A stretch of 64,000 nt of DNA, from contig JBHJGN010000011.1 of NCBI GenBank assembly GCA_050331735.1, positions 32,001 through 96,000 on the forward strand, read 5' to 3'. Below, in pieces: positions 10,020-20,330 of the stretch. A program made the position numbers and the translations under genes. How positions within the stretch are numbered: the stretch's first letter is position 1; every line of letters begins with the position of its first letter. Origin of the DNA: Cyanophyceae cyanobacterium (GTDB lineage Bacteria > Cyanobacteriota > Cyanobacteriia > Cyanobacteriales > JBHJGN01). Under the pieces are notes generated by a model, which worked only from the letters and a program-made list of their open reading frames with translations, searched no databases and had not been told where the DNA came from.

Positions 10020-10466
10020 CAAAATAGCTCGTTGTTCGTGCTGACTAAGAAACGCAGCGCTGCGATCGCCACCTGACAAGCATTTGCTCAACACCTAAAA
10101 CCCCATAGACGAATATTTATCGATTTAGCATTGCCTGTGGAATCTTTCAAAACTGAGAACACTGTTCAACAGCGAGAGCCTGTTAAATGCCTAGATGGTG
10201 CAGTAATTCTGATGCAAACATCATCATACATTGACTGGATAGAACAAATCGAACATACTTTTATTCGCTACGAGAAATGGAAAGACGGCAAGCTAATTGA
10301 TACAGAACTACAGCATCTTCCCCTACATTGGTTCGGACGAGAGGAATTTATCATGCGTTTGCGAGAGAATGGTTACACTGATATAACGCTCTGTGCTAAC
10401 TACACAAACGGTTCAAAACCAGATTCCCATCACGATCAATTTTGTTTTTCAGCCACCCTTGCCTGA
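10020..10466 (+). pseudogene. Class I SAM-dependent methyltransferase remnant (C-terminal half)
   Basis: The frame upstream of ORF 10131 reads NSSLFVL..AAIAT*QAFAQHLKPHRRIFIDL with an internal TGA; C-terminus HWFGREEF...L.ENGY. Confidence 0.55.
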
Positions 10467-10512
10467 AACTCCTCACGAATAGAATTGGAGTAGACGCTTG
10501 AACACAATACTG

Positions 10513-10803
10513 ATGCAAAAATTGGAAGTGCTATCGATAGTCAGGTTCCACCAAGAGCAACTACAAGGCCTAGGCGTTAAATCTCTAACATTGTTCGGGT
10601 CTGTTGCCCGTAATCAGGCAGGACCGAACAGCGATGTTGATTTCCTCGTTGAGTTTTCTCGACCTATAGGTCTATTCGGTCTCTTTCAAGTTCAGCACTA
10701 TCTAGAGTCTGTTCTTGGCTGTTCCGTCGATCTTGGCACTATTAAAGCACTAAAAACTCATCTACGAGAGCCTGTTTTAAAGGATATTGTTCGTGTCTTC
10801 TAG
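10513..10803 (+). CDS. Minimal nucleotidyltransferase (MNT) antitoxin
   Basis: LFGSVAR.....SDVD (GSx10DxD), about 96 aa, upstream of a HEPN gene. Confidence 0.9.
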   Translation: MQKLEVLSIVRFHQEQLQGLGVKSLTLFGSVARNQAGPNSDVDFLVEFSRPIGLFGLFQVQHYLESVLGCSVDLGTIKALKTHLREPVLKDIVRVF

Positions 10804-11152
10804 AAATTGGTTATTGCGAGTCAAGGATATTCTAGATGCCATTAATAGTATTCAAGAATGTACGAAGGATAAAACCTTTACAGAATTTGCAGCCAACATG
10901 CTTCTTGTTAAAGCAGTTCTTTATGACTTTATCGTTATTGGGGAAGCAGCCGTTAGTATCCCAGCAGAAGTACAGGCAAAGACACCTGAAATACCTTGGC
11001 GGCTTATGGGTGATATGCGAAACGTAGTGGCTCATGAATACTTACGCGTTGAGCCAGAAATCATTTGGGATACGGTCAACAATAATCTTCCTAGCCTAAT
11101 CGAGCCATTACAAAAGCTCTTGGAAGCTAATGAGGCGGAGGATAGCTGCTGA
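10793..11152 (+). CDS. HEPN (DUF86) RNase toxin
   Basis: IGEA, IPW and RNVVAHEY (Rx4HxY) motifs; overlaps the MNT gene. Confidence 0.9.
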   Translation: MSSRNWLLRVKDILDAINSIQECTKDKTFTEFAANMLLVKAVLYDFIVIGEAAVSIPAEVQAKTPEIPWRLMGDMRNVVAHEYLRVEPEIIWDTVNNNLPSLIEPLQKLLEANEAEDSC

Positions 11153-11162
11153 ACGCAACAAA

Positions 11163-11192
11163 AATGCCTTCCTCCTGGAAGAGAAAGGCATT
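11163..11192. terminator. Probable bidirectional intrinsic terminator
   Basis: AATGCCTTCCTC-N6-GAGAAAGGCATT stem between the convergent HEPN and clpC genes, with A-rich flanks. Confidence 0.6.
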
Positions 11193-11213
11193 AACAAAAA
11201 AAGTATATCGGTC

Positions 11214-13562
11214 TTATCTAACTGCCTGCAATTGCAAAGCTTCCTGCTCAGACATTACCTGAACGCCGCTTTCGTTGGCATCAACAACAACCGTGTCTCC
11301 ATCCTTGACCTGACCAGATAGAATTGCCTCCGCTAAGCTATCCTCTAGCATCGACATGATGGCGCGGCGGAGGGGTCGAGCCCCGTATTTAGGATCGTAT
11401 CCTTGCTCGACGACGCGCTCTTTGAACGACTCGGTAACTTCCAACGACATCTCTCGCTCAGCGTGGAGACGAGTAGAGATTTCTTGGAGGAGGATATCGG
11501 CAATGTCCTTGACCTCATCTTTGGTCAACTGACGGAAGACGATGATCTCGTCAAGGCGGTTGAGGAACTCAGGACGGAAGTAATTTTTGAGTTCTTCGTG
11601 AACGCGATCGCGGATGCGATTGTACTGGGCTTCTTCGTGATCAGCAAACTCAAATCCAAGTCCGCTACCGCCTTTTTCGATGACCTTAGAACCAATGTTG
11701 GAGGTCATGATGACTACGGTATTCTTGAAGTCTACGGTGCGACCCTGAGCATCGGTGAGGCGACCGTCATCGAGAAGCTGAAGCATCAGGTTAAAGACAT
11801 CGGGATGCGCTTTTTCGATCTCGTCAAAGAGCAGCACCGAGTAGGGGCGACGACGCACGGCTTCGGTCAACTGTCCGCCTTCGTCGTAGCCGACGTATCC
11901 CGGAGGAGAACCGATCAGCTTAGAAACCGTATGCGGCTCCATAAATTCGGACATATCGAGTCGAATCATCGCGTCCTCAGACCCAAACAGATAGGTGGCG
12001 AGGGCTTTCGCTAGCTCGGTCTTACCGACCCCAGTCGGACCAGAGAACACTAGGCTAGCAATCGGACGATCCGGGTCTTTCATCCCGACGCGGGCGCGAC
12101 GCAGAGCGCGGGAAACGGCTTTCACTGCTTCGTCTTGACCAACCACCCGTTCGTGCAGAGTGGCTTCGAGGTGCAGCAGCAGCTCGGACTCTGATTCAGT
12201 CATCTTAGTCACGGGTACGCCAGTCCAAGAGGCGACAATCTGGGCAATTTCCTCGGCATCAACGACCGGAACTAAAGACTGAGGATTGATTACCGGAGCG
12301 TCTGACTCATCATTTGGCTTCTGCATCGAGTGGCGCAGATGGGTGCGAGAACCGGCTTCATCGATCAAGTCGATCGCCTTGTCGGGCAGAAAGCGGTCGG
12401 AAATGTAGCGATCGCTCAGCTCAGCAGCGGCTTTAAGCGCTCCGTCGGCAAACTTAACTTTGTGAAACTCCTCGTAGGTCTTTCTTAAGCCTTGCAGAAT
12501 TTCTAAGGTTTCTGCGACGGTCGGTTCGCCCACCATAATTGGCTGGAAACGGCGCTCTAGGGCAGCGTCTCGCTCGATGTACTGGCGGTACTCGTTCAGA
12601 GTGGTGGTGCCTAAGCACTGCAATTCTCCTCGCGCTAGAGCTGGCTTGAGCATATTGGCTGCATCCATGCTGCCGCCCATTGCACCAGCACCAACGAGAG
12701 TATGGATCTCATCGATGACGAGAATAATGTTGCCTTTCTCTTTGACCTCGTTAACAATCGTCTTGAGACGTTCTTCAAATTCGCCTCTAAACTTCGTTCC
12801 GGCAACTAGCGCCCCCATATCGAGGCTAATAACTTGCTTGTCGTGGAGCAGTTCGGGTACGTCGCCGCTAACGATGCGTTGCGCCAGTCCTTCGGCGATC
12901 GCCGTTTTACCGACTCCCGGTTCTCCGACTAAAACGGGATTGTTTTTAGTCCGGCGACTGAGAATCTGAATCGCTCGCTCGACTTCGCGATCGCGCCCAA
13001 TAATAGGGTCAATCTTGTCTTCAGCGGCTAGCTGAGTGAGGTTAGTGCTGAATTCTGCCAATTTCGCCTGTTGGCTACCGGATTCAAACCCAAACCCAGA
13101 ATTCTGTTTGGCTCCAACGATCGCAGCAGCCTCGCCAGAATTTTTGATGATGCGCGTTCGTAGCTGGGCTAGATCGACGCCCTGCTCGACCAAGACTTTT
13201 GTCGCAACGGATTCTTTATCTTTAATCAGGGCCAAGAGAAGATGTTCTGGAGCAAGATAATTTTGTCCGAGCTGACGAGCTTCTTGAAGAGATTGCTCAA
13301 AAATGCGCTTCACTTTGGGCGTAAACGGCAGATTTGCTGGACTATATCCCGGACCTTTGCCAGTTAATTTTTCTATAGTACTCCGCGTACTGGCCAGGGA
13401 GATTCCTAAATCTTTTAATGCTACGGCAGCGACAGACGTTCCCTCTCCCAGCAAGCCCAGGAGCAGGTGCTCGGTTCCTACCAAGTTATGACCAGAGCGC
13501 CGCGCTTCTTCCTGAGCGAGCATAATAGATTTAATGGCTTTATCTGTAAAATGTTCAAACAT
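11214..13562 (-). CDS. clpC: ClpC-like Clp protease ATPase subunit (paralogue with reduced middle domain)
   Basis: Double Clp-N domain, two AAA+ modules ([16 protein letters not shown]), LGF loop and GARPLRR. Confidence 0.88.
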   Translation of the reverse strand: MFEHFTDKAIKSIMLAQEEARRSGHNLVGTEHLLLGLLGEGTSVAAVALKDLGISLASTRSTIEKLTGKGPGYSPANLPFTPKVKRIFEQSLQEARQLGQNYLAPEHLLLALIKDKESVATKVLVEQGVDLAQLRTRIIKNSGEAAAIVGAKQNSGFGFESGSQQAKLAEFSTNLTQLAAEDKIDPIIGRDREVERAIQILSRRTKNNPVLVGEPGVGKTAIAEGLAQRIVSGDVPELLHDKQVISLDMGALVAGTKFRGEFEERLKTIVNEVKEKGNIILVIDEIHTLVGAGAMGGSMDAANMLKPALARGELQCLGTTTLNEYRQYIERDAALERRFQPIMVGEPTVAETLEILQGLRKTYEEFHKVKFADGALKAAAELSDRYISDRFLPDKAIDLIDEAGSRTHLRHSMQKPNDESDAPVINPQSLVPVVDAEEIAQIVASWTGVPVTKMTESESELLLHLEATLHERVVGQDEAVKAVSRALRRARVGMKDPDRPIASLVFSGPTGVGKTELAKALATYLFGSEDAMIRLDMSEFMEPHTVSKLIGSPPGYVGYDEGGQLTEAVRRRPYSVLLFDEIEKAHPDVFNLMLQLLDDGRLTDAQGRTVDFKNTVVIMTSNIGSKVIEKGGSGLGFEFADHEEAQYNRIRDRVHEELKNYFRPEFLNRLDEIIVFRQLTKDEVKDIADILLQEISTRLHAEREMSLEVTESFKERVVEQGYDPKYGARPLRRAIMSMLEDSLAEAILSGQVKDGDTVVVDANESGVQVMSEQEALQLQAVR

Positions 13563-13676
13563 AAAATATAAGGAGAAGAGGATTCGGTGTGGTCTATCCT
13601 TAATGTATCTTTACGTGCAGCATCTCCCCAGTGGGAAAAGCCGTAATCTATCAGGAGGTTTCCCGCCAATGAAGAT

Positions 13677-13765
13677 GTCCCTTTGGGACGGGGAAGCGCG
13701 CTAGAGGCGCGGGGGAAATGTCCCTTTGGGACGGGGAAAGGGGAAGGGGCAAAGGGGAAAGGAAA
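13677..13765 (+). repeat. Partial copy B of the hairpin/heptamer repeat (no core)
   Basis: GTCCC-TTT-GGGAC GGGGAA twice, GCGCT-AGA-GGCGC GGGGGAAA, then GGGGAAA-type heptamers. Confidence 0.85.
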
Positions 13766-13900
13766 GCAAAAAGTATCTGAGTCAGCTCCTACACAGAGAG
13801 TCTGTCAGATTAGCTTACTCTCAATCAGGAGGTACTCTGCTGGAGAAACGCTTAACTTTTGAGGAGTAAGGCTAAGAGCTAATCGCTAACAGCTAAACCC

Positions 13901-14311
13901 TCATTTAGGTAAAATGTCTGTTGAGGACTGCAACAATTCAACGAGATTGCCGTCTGGATCGCGAAATAGAGTGGTGACGATTCCCCACTCGGTGAATTTC
14001 CAAGGCTCGTTGAGAAATTCTACCCCTTTAGACATTAAGTACTGACGCGCTCGATCGACATCTTGGACTTGAAAACTTAGAGCAATGCCATCGTCTTGCT
14101 GACCAAAGACAACGGCAGTTTGTTCGCCAAAGTACTCTTTGACCTTGTGGCGCTGAATGAGAGTGAGGATAGTATCTCCAGTTTCTAATTCGGCATATTG
14201 GTTTTCTGGGTCTTCGTACTTGACGGTTAATCCGAGTACGTCCCGGTAGAACTGCAAACAAGTGGGATAATCTTCTACTAAAAGTCGGGTGTAGGCAAAC
14301 GTAAACTGCAT
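13901..14311 (-). CDS. VOC/glyoxalase family protein
   Basis: FYRDVLGL, WG...LFRDPDGNLVEL. Start at ATG 14311. Confidence 0.9.
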   Translation of the reverse strand: MQFTFAYTRLLVEDYPTCLQFYRDVLGLTVKYEDPENQYAELETGDTILTLIQRHKVKEYFGEQTAVVFGQQDDGIALSFQVQDVDRARQYLMSKGVEFLNEPWKFTEWGIVTTLFRDPDGNLVELLQSSTDILPK

Positions 14312-14425
14312 CGGTTCCTCCTGCTGATATCCGTTGATCACAATCTTCCTATGGAAGCACTAAATGAACAAAAAGTGTCGTGCTGCCAACTCACCTAATG
14401 GGGACAAGGAAGCTGGGCGGCTGCT

Positions 14426-15121
14426 CTAGTTCGTCGTTGGGGTACACGCTTGGGCATCAGGAGATGAGACTTCTACCTCAATAGCTTCGTGTCCAGACGT
14501 TTTCAGGAGTTGAGCCACGGCGAGTTCTGCCCGCTCGTTGGCTTCGGCTAAAATTCCTTGGCTACAGGCTGCTTCCACAACTTTTTGTAACGACCGTCGC
14601 TGAGCGAGGGTTTGAAGCTGGGTCGCTGCATCGGGTCCGAGTCCTAGCAATCCTTTGTTGTAATCGTAAACTTTGGAGCGCTCTACGTCTATTTTGCTGT
14701 CGAGAATTTGAGGCGGCGGTAGCTGAATCTGAACCGTATCTTCCCTAACGGCAACATCATCCGCCGTGAGCTGACTTAAATCCACCCCGGCTCTGACTTC
14801 TCCATGAGCAATGTAGAGTAGCTTAGTTTCAGCCACAACAATCTCTCCAAGCTTCCGTTCTTGGGACGTGGGAATGACGGCTTCCATCGTAAACACTGCC
14901 GTCGTTAGTTCGCTCGCTCCGCGGATTTGATTCACAATAACAGTGGAAATATCTACTTGAGGAGCAGAGGGTGGAGCAAACAGAGTGTGTACTCCAGCAA
15001 ACAGACGGTTTCCAGTTTGCCACACTCCGAGGAAAACTAGACCAATCGCTAAGGCAGTACTGCCTCCTGTTAGTAACAGTAAGTTTCTAAAAAGGCTGCT
15101 GCGTGGTTTTGATGAATCCAT
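14426..15121 (-). CDS. DUF4230-like membrane-anchored protein
   Basis: N-terminal TM; ELTTA, GEVRAGVDL and LPPPQI motifs. Confidence 0.75.
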   Translation of the reverse strand: MDSSKPRSSLFRNLLLLTGGSTALAIGLVFLGVWQTGNRLFAGVHTLFAPPSAPQVDISTVIVNQIRGASELTTAVFTMEAVIPTSQERKLGEIVVAETKLLYIAHGEVRAGVDLSQLTADDVAVREDTVQIQLPPPQILDSKIDVERSKVYDYNKGLLGLGPDAATQLQTLAQRRSLQKVVEAACSQGILAEANERAELAVAQLLKTSGHEAIEVEVSSPDAQACTPTTN

Positions 15122-15178
15122 TACTGAGAAAACAGGAGCTAATTTTCCTCCTATTCTACTGTTGACTGTGGCTGGGCT

Positions 15179-15826
15179 TCAACTTTTAACGTCAAGGGCG
15201 ATCGCTTTGAGCACTTGCAAGAGACTCGCTGAAGATTCAGCTTCAATGAGACTAAAAGCAGGCATAATTTGATAGACAGGGGAGGCTTCGGAAAAGATGC
15301 GCACAAATTGGTAACGAATTCCGTTGGTTGCTAAGCCCCATATTGTTTTTTGATGATTTAAGCTTTGAAAAGCATAGGTAAGAAGTTGTGGGAGTCCTAC
15401 TAATGCCTCTACTCCACTATTTTTGCATTCGATGACTATTATCCAAAAAGGGACATCCGTAATTGTTTGTCTCGTTTTATTCACTGCTAAAATGTCTAGC
15501 CGTCCTTCAATTTGGGTATCTTCATCTTCAACGACAATTCGCTCGATATTTTCTTCTAAAGTAATTTTAATAGGATGTTGATAGAAACCTGCCAGACGAA
15601 ATAGGGGAGCAACGGTCAGTAACTTAACCTGTCCTTCTGAAACTTTACCTTCAAAAACGTAATGCTCAAAGTCATTGCGGATTTGGTTGAGTTCCCGTTG
15701 CTCCAACTCACTTAGAGGTTCTAAGGTCAACGGGAAAGTCAATGAACCCGGTTTTCGTGGAAAACTCAATAGTCGATGAACATCACTTAAAGATAATTTA
15801 CGAGCCTGAAGAACTGTCATCAACAT
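15179..15826 (-). CDS. Stand-alone type I restriction enzyme R N-terminal-like (PD-(D/E)xK) protein
   Basis: GRLDIL...IVIECK...PQLLTY...GLATNG. No hsdM or hsdS nearby. Confidence 0.65.
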   Translation of the reverse strand: MLMTVLQARKLSLSDVHRLLSFPRKPGSLTFPLTLEPLSELEQRELNQIRNDFEHYVFEGKVSEGQVKLLTVAPLFRLAGFYQHPIKITLEENIERIVVEDEDTQIEGRLDILAVNKTRQTITDVPFWIIVIECKNSGVEALVGLPQLLTYAFQSLNHQKTIWGLATNGIRYQFVRIFSEASPVYQIMPAFSLIEAESSASLLQVLKAIALDVKS

Positions 15827-15992
15827 AAACCCAATGCGTTACTCCTACTTTAGGCTACTTGAGCGGATGTAGAGATCTAATGGAAAAAATGGAACTAAAC
15901 AGCGATCGCCCACTTCCCAAGCAGGAACAAACCACCGCTGTAGAGACCGCTATCGAGTTAAGCTGGATCGGGTTGGGAATTGCACTGCCATC

Positions 15993-16694
15993 ATGGAAAT
16001 ACTCATCGTCGAAGATGAGCCAAATATTGCTCAGTTAATTCAACAGACGTTAGAACGAGAAGGTTTTGCCTGTCGAACCGCGGCGGATGGTTTAGCAGCA
16101 CTCAAGCTTTTTGAGCAGCAACAGCCTGATTTAGTAGTTCTCGATTTGATGCTTCCGGGTTTAGACGGGCTAGAAGTGTGTACCCGCATTCGTCAACAGG
16201 CTAGTCACAAAGATCCCTACATTCTAATGCTGACAGCCAGAGGCGAGGAAATCGATCGCGTGATTGGGTTATCTACTGGTGCAGACGATTACTTAGTTAA
16301 ACCGTTCAGCCCTAGAGAGCTAGTAGCGAGGGTTAGAGCCTTGCTGCGACGCAGCCTTCGCTACGGCGGACAACAGCAGCAGGTCCATCGCACTCAGCAC
16401 TTCATTTTAGATCTAGACCAGCACACCGCGGCTCGGCAGCTTGGGACAGAAGCACCAGACCTCCTTGACCTCACGGGGCTGGAGTTTAATCTCCTCGCTA
16501 CTTTCATTGGCTATCCGGGTCGAGTTTGGAGCCGGACTCAACTGATCGAAAAACTGTGGGGCGATGACTTTTTTGGCGATGAGCGAGTAGTCGATACCCA
16601 TATTAGACGGTTGCGTAAAAAAATTGAGCCAGATGCCGCTAATCCAACCTTTATCAAGACCGTTGTTGGTGTCGGCTACAAATTTGAAGACTAA
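15993..16694 (+). CDS. OmpR-family response regulator
   Basis: IVEDE, LDLMLP, GADDYLVKPF and winged HTH VDTHIRRLRKK...GVGYKF. Confidence 0.95.
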   Translation: MEILIVEDEPNIAQLIQQTLEREGFACRTAADGLAALKLFEQQQPDLVVLDLMLPGLDGLEVCTRIRQQASHKDPYILMLTARGEEIDRVIGLSTGADDYLVKPFSPRELVARVRALLRRSLRYGGQQQQVHRTQHFILDLDQHTAARQLGTEAPDLLDLTGLEFNLLATFIGYPGRVWSRTQLIEKLWGDDFFGDERVVDTHIRRLRKKIEPDAANPTFIKTVVGVGYKFED

Positions 16695-16932
16695 ATTCGC
16701 GTTACAGATAATAATCTTTCTCCGCAACTGCTTCCCTTAAGAGGTAAGCTAACTCAGAGGAGCTAATTCTGCGGAAGGGCGGACAGCGGGCACTATTTCA
16801 GGTTTTAGACTCTTAAAACCTTGAAGGTCACTCCGGTCTGAAGAAAACGGGCACCAATCGCGACCGTTCTCTTTTGTCTTCCCCATTTTCTCCCGTTTAG
16901 GCGTACACGGTCTTCCTAGCTAACATTTCGCC

Positions 16933-18447
16933 ATGCACATTGGATTTCTCAACCCCCAAGGCAACTTCGACCCGAACAACAGCCACATCGCCAAACATCC
17001 CGACTTTGGTGGTCAACTCGTCTATGTCAAGCAAGTGGCGATCGCAATGGCTCAAGAAGGTCATCGAGTCGATATTCTTACCCGCCGAATTGTCGATCCC
17101 GAGTGGCCGGAATTTTCCGAGTTTAAAGATGTGTATCCCGGCGTAGAAAATCTCCGCATTCTGCGCTTACCCGCCGGACCCGAAGCCTTTGTCCGGAAAG
17201 AATTGCTGTGGCCGCACCTCGTCAGGGATTGGGTTCCGAGCATTCTGAAATTTTATCGAGAAGAAGGAACGCTGCCAGATGCGTTTACCACTCACTACAG
17301 CGATGGCGGACTGGCCGGGGTGTTGATTGAAGAGCAAACCGGGATTCCATTTACCTTTACCGCTCACTCCCTCGGTGCTCAGAAAATGGACAAGCTCGAG
17401 GTCACGCCGGAAAATATTAAGGAGCTAGACGACTACTATTCTTTTCGCTACCGAATTATTGCAGAACGCTTGAGCATGAATCGCTCAGCCGTCAACATTA
17501 CCAGTACGCAGCAGGAACGCTTTGAACAGTATGGGCATCGTGCCTACCAAGGAGCCGTGGAGCCGAGCAACGACACTCGCTTTTCGATTATTCCTCCGGG
17601 AGTCAATCCGAAAATCTTTGGCGCTGACGTTCGGGCCTCCGATGAAGCAGACATTCACAAGCTTGTCCAAGAAAAACTCGTGCGAGATATCGACGAATCG
17701 AGAAGAGAGTTGCCAGCGATCGTTGCGTCAAGCCGTTTAGCGCCTAAGAAAAACGTTGCTGGTTTAGTTGAAGCTTTTGCTAAGAGCGAATCTCTTCAAG
17801 AGCAAGCCAATTTTGTCCTCATCACCAGTGCTTTAGATAACCCATTCCGCGAACAAGCCGACGATGAAGCCACCGAAAAAGTGCTGGCTCCCATCCGCGA
17901 AATGGTTCAAGACCAGAATTTATGGGGCAAAATTAGCGCCTTTAGCATTCCCAGTCAGGCAGCCTTGGCCGCTACGTATCGGTTTTTAGCAAAGCGTCGT
18001 TCGGTATTTGCCCTAACCTCTCACTTTGAGCCGTTTGGTTTAGCTCCTCTAGAAGCTGTTGTCGCAGGTTTGCCAGTCATCGTGACTCAGAATAGCGGCC
18101 TCGCTGACGATCTCCGCGAGGGCGAAAAGGACTATGCGATTCTAGTCGATCCAGCCGAACCGACCGACATGGCGCGAGGACTCGAAGAATTAGTCAGCAA
18201 TCCGCAGCGCTGGGAAGAATTATTAAACAATGCTCAACAGCACGTGCTTACCTACTATACCTGGGAAGCAACGGCCAAGAACTATTTAGAGATTATCAAG
18301 CAGATTGTAGCCGAACCGAGCTCGCGTCGAGCAGAGAATTTACTTTCCATTCCCGAATACTTTAAAGAGCCATCAGACAAGGATATTTCTCTAGAGCAGT
18401 TGCAACACCTTTACTTTGAAGCGCCGCAGGCGCGGGAAAAGGAATAG
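16933..18447 (+). CDS. sps: Sucrose-phosphate synthase-like GT4 glycosyltransferase (single GT domain)
   Basis: FLNPQGNFD...HPDFGGQLVYVK, HSLGAQK and EPFGLAPLEA. The last 8 codons and the stop lie in repeat copy C. Confidence 0.75.
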   Translation: MHIGFLNPQGNFDPNNSHIAKHPDFGGQLVYVKQVAIAMAQEGHRVDILTRRIVDPEWPEFSEFKDVYPGVENLRILRLPAGPEAFVRKELLWPHLVRDWVPSILKFYREEGTLPDAFTTHYSDGGLAGVLIEEQTGIPFTFTAHSLGAQKMDKLEVTPENIKELDDYYSFRYRIIAERLSMNRSAVNITSTQQERFEQYGHRAYQGAVEPSNDTRFSIIPPGVNPKIFGADVRASDEADIHKLVQEKLVRDIDESRRELPAIVASSRLAPKKNVAGLVEAFAKSESLQEQANFVLITSALDNPFREQADDEATEKVLAPIREMVQDQNLWGKISAFSIPSQAALAATYRFLAKRRSVFALTSHFEPFGLAPLEAVVAGLPVIVTQNSGLADDLREGEKDYAILVDPAEPTDMARGLEELVSNPQRWEELLNNAQQHVLTYYTWEATAKNYLEIIKQIVAEPSSRRAENLLSIPEYFKEPSDKDISLEQLQHLYFEAPQAREKE

Positions 18448-18590
18448 CGCCGGTGGCGCGGGAAAAGTTGCTCCGCAACGGGAAAAGGGGAAGGGGGAAA
18501 GGGGAAAGGGAGGATGTGGCCTATTCCTTAGTTCTGTGTTCTTTCCCGTCGCTAAGCGACGTTTTTCCCCTTCCCCGTCCCGAAGGGACA
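18421..18590 (-). repeat. Full copy C of the composite repeat
   Basis: GCGCC-GCA-GGCGC, GCGCC-GGT-GGCGC, GTTGC-TCC-GCAAC, G heptamers, core ATTCCTTAGTTCTGTGTTC, then GTCGC-TAA-GCGAC and GTCCC-GAA-GGGAC in a C-rich arm. Confidence 0.92.
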
Positions 18591-18624
18591 TATTCTAGAA
18601 TGAGCATGATGACAGAGGGTAAGT

Positions 18625-19740
18625 ATGGCCAAATTGAGTTTAGGAAAGCGCCTGTTTCTTTCTCACCTGCTGGTAATGGTGGTGGCGTTGGGCAGTTTTG
18701 TGCTGATTGCTAAGGTGTCTTCTCGTCCTCAGTTTGTCCTGCGTCTTCAACAGTTGGAAAGAAGAGGCATTTTTACCATTCGTTCTGGTCGCACCTACTT
18801 AATTAAGGGGTTTGAAACAGCGTGGAATCGAACCGCTTTCTGGTCAATGATTGTGGGGGCAACGACTGCTGGAGGATTAAGCTACTGGGCCTCAGCGCGA
18901 ATCGTTCAGCCTTTGGAGCAGATGGAGCAAATTACCCGCAAGCTGGCTGCTGGGGATCTGCGGGAGCGAGTACCAGAAAGCGAAATTCCGGAGCTAGATC
19001 AGCTTGGCGTTAGCTTCAACCGCATGGCAAGTAGTTTAGAGGATGTCGAACAGCGACGGCGGGAGTTGATTAGCGATTTAACCCACGAACTCCGTACGCC
19101 GTTAACGATCGTGCGCGGCTATTTGGAGGAAATGGCGGATGGCTCGATGGCTCCTTCGCCCGAGCTATATCAGCGTCTCGTGCAAGAAACGCGAAGATTA
19201 GAGCGCCTAACCAAGGATTTACAGGAGCTTTCTAAAGCAGAGGCGGGGTACTTGTCCATTAAACTGGAAGCCGTTAATGTCTGCTCTTTATTACAGTCTC
19301 TGGTGGCTCGGTTTTCCGATCAGGTTTTAGAAGAAGGACCAGTTTTTCAGCTAGACTGTCCGCCTAGTTTACCCTTGCTCCTTGCTGATGTTGACCGCAC
19401 CGAACAGATTCTGGTTAACTTGCTCGGTAATGCCGTTCGCTACACTGAACGCGGCGCGATTACCGTTAAGGCCTGGAAGCAAGATGGCTATGGGTGGATT
19501 GCCGTCAGCGATACGGGGACCGGAATTGCTGCCGAAGATTTACCGCACGTATTTGAGCGCTTTTGGCGAGCCGATCGCTCTCGGGCTCGGCACTCCGGCG
19601 GAACCGGAATTGGGCTAGCGATCGCCCGCCGCCTCGTTGAGCTTCAGGGCGGACACATTGAGGTAGAGAGTGAACTCGGGCAAGGCAGCACCTTCCGCTT
19701 CTCTTTGCCCATTGCCCCAGGAAATCAACGCAGAAGTTAG
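18625..19740 (+). CDS. Membrane HAMP-domain sensor histidine kinase
   Basis: Two TMs, HAMP, HELRTPL, NLLGNA, DTGTGI, FERFWR and GTGIGL. Confidence 0.95.
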   Translation: MAKLSLGKRLFLSHLLVMVVALGSFVLIAKVSSRPQFVLRLQQLERRGIFTIRSGRTYLIKGFETAWNRTAFWSMIVGATTAGGLSYWASARIVQPLEQMEQITRKLAAGDLRERVPESEIPELDQLGVSFNRMASSLEDVEQRRRELISDLTHELRTPLTIVRGYLEEMADGSMAPSPELYQRLVQETRRLERLTKDLQELSKAEAGYLSIKLEAVNVCSLLQSLVARFSDQVLEEGPVFQLDCPPSLPLLLADVDRTEQILVNLLGNAVRYTERGAITVKAWKQDGYGWIAVSDTGTGIAAEDLPHVFERFWRADRSRARHSGGTGIGLAIARRLVELQGGHIEVESELGQGSTFRFSLPIAPGNQRRS

Positions 19741-19923
19741 CTCACTAAATCTCTGAAAAATAACAATAAATTTAACATCGCTTAACAATAAATTAATGCT
19801 ACCGACAGATTTAATGAGACAGAGACTGCTCTACGGTAAAAACTATATTGGTAAGCTGTGTGGCGATCGCTTCCTAGTAAGGCAGTCGCCAAGGTTTACA
19901 GTTAATACAGTGGTTAATTAAAC

Positions 19924-20247
19924 ATGAGCGAAGAATCTAAAAAAGAAATTAAAAAAGACCTGCAAGAAATTAAGCCAGAACAAAGAATTCGAGAAGCCGA
20001 AGCCGGAAAAGGCGCACCGGGCGACCAAACAGCCGTGCAGATGGCCCAAACCACCGCTGTTAATCCCCCTGATGAAAAAATTCCCTCTAATGTAGATGTT
20101 CAAAAGAACGTTGCAGAAGTCCAAGCGGTAGACAAACAGGAAGAGGGCACCGGAATGACAACGACAGACGGCTACCGAGTTGAAGAGTCAGGGCGACTTG
20201 ATAACTTCCCTGTTGAGCCGGAAATGTACGTGGAGGAAGATAAGTAA
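19924..20247 (+). CDS. Small acidic hydrophilic hypothetical protein
   Basis: 107-aa ORF with ATG start; ends TDGYRVEESGRLDNFPVEPEMYVE. Confidence 0.7.
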   Translation: MSEESKKEIKKDLQEIKPEQRIREAEAGKGAPGDQTAVQMAQTTAVNPPDEKIPSNVDVQKNVAEVQAVDKQEEGTGMTTTDGYRVEESGRLDNFPVEPEMYVEEDK

Positions 20248-20289
20248 ACCTACGCTAGCGCGTTATTTATCAGTGATTGCCACCAAGGA

Positions 20290-20330
20290 TAAATCGGTGT
20301 TTTGTGCGCTTTGGCCGGAACACCGATTTA
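20290..20330. terminator. Stem-loop between convergent genes
   Basis: TAAATCGGTGTT-N17-AACACCGATTTA, a 12-bp stem. Confidence 0.5.

Noticed and set aside
9961..10031. 11-bp direct repeat AAAATAGCTCG 60 bp apart
   Set aside because: Two short copies in decayed sequence; cannot be distinguished from chance or assigned as a target duplication.
11403..13491. Long plus-strand ORFs opposite clpC
   Set aside because: Antisense shadows of a conserved gene with no motifs of their own.
13677..13740. Repeat-spacer-repeat look of the duplicated GTCCCTTTGGGACGGGGAA as a mini CRISPR
   Set aside because: Only two units, the spacer is itself a cassette, spacing in other copies is irregular, and there are no cas genes.
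15179..15826. Possible restriction-modification or defence system
   Set aside because: Only a solitary HsdR-N-like domain; no methylase, specificity or helicase gene adjacent.
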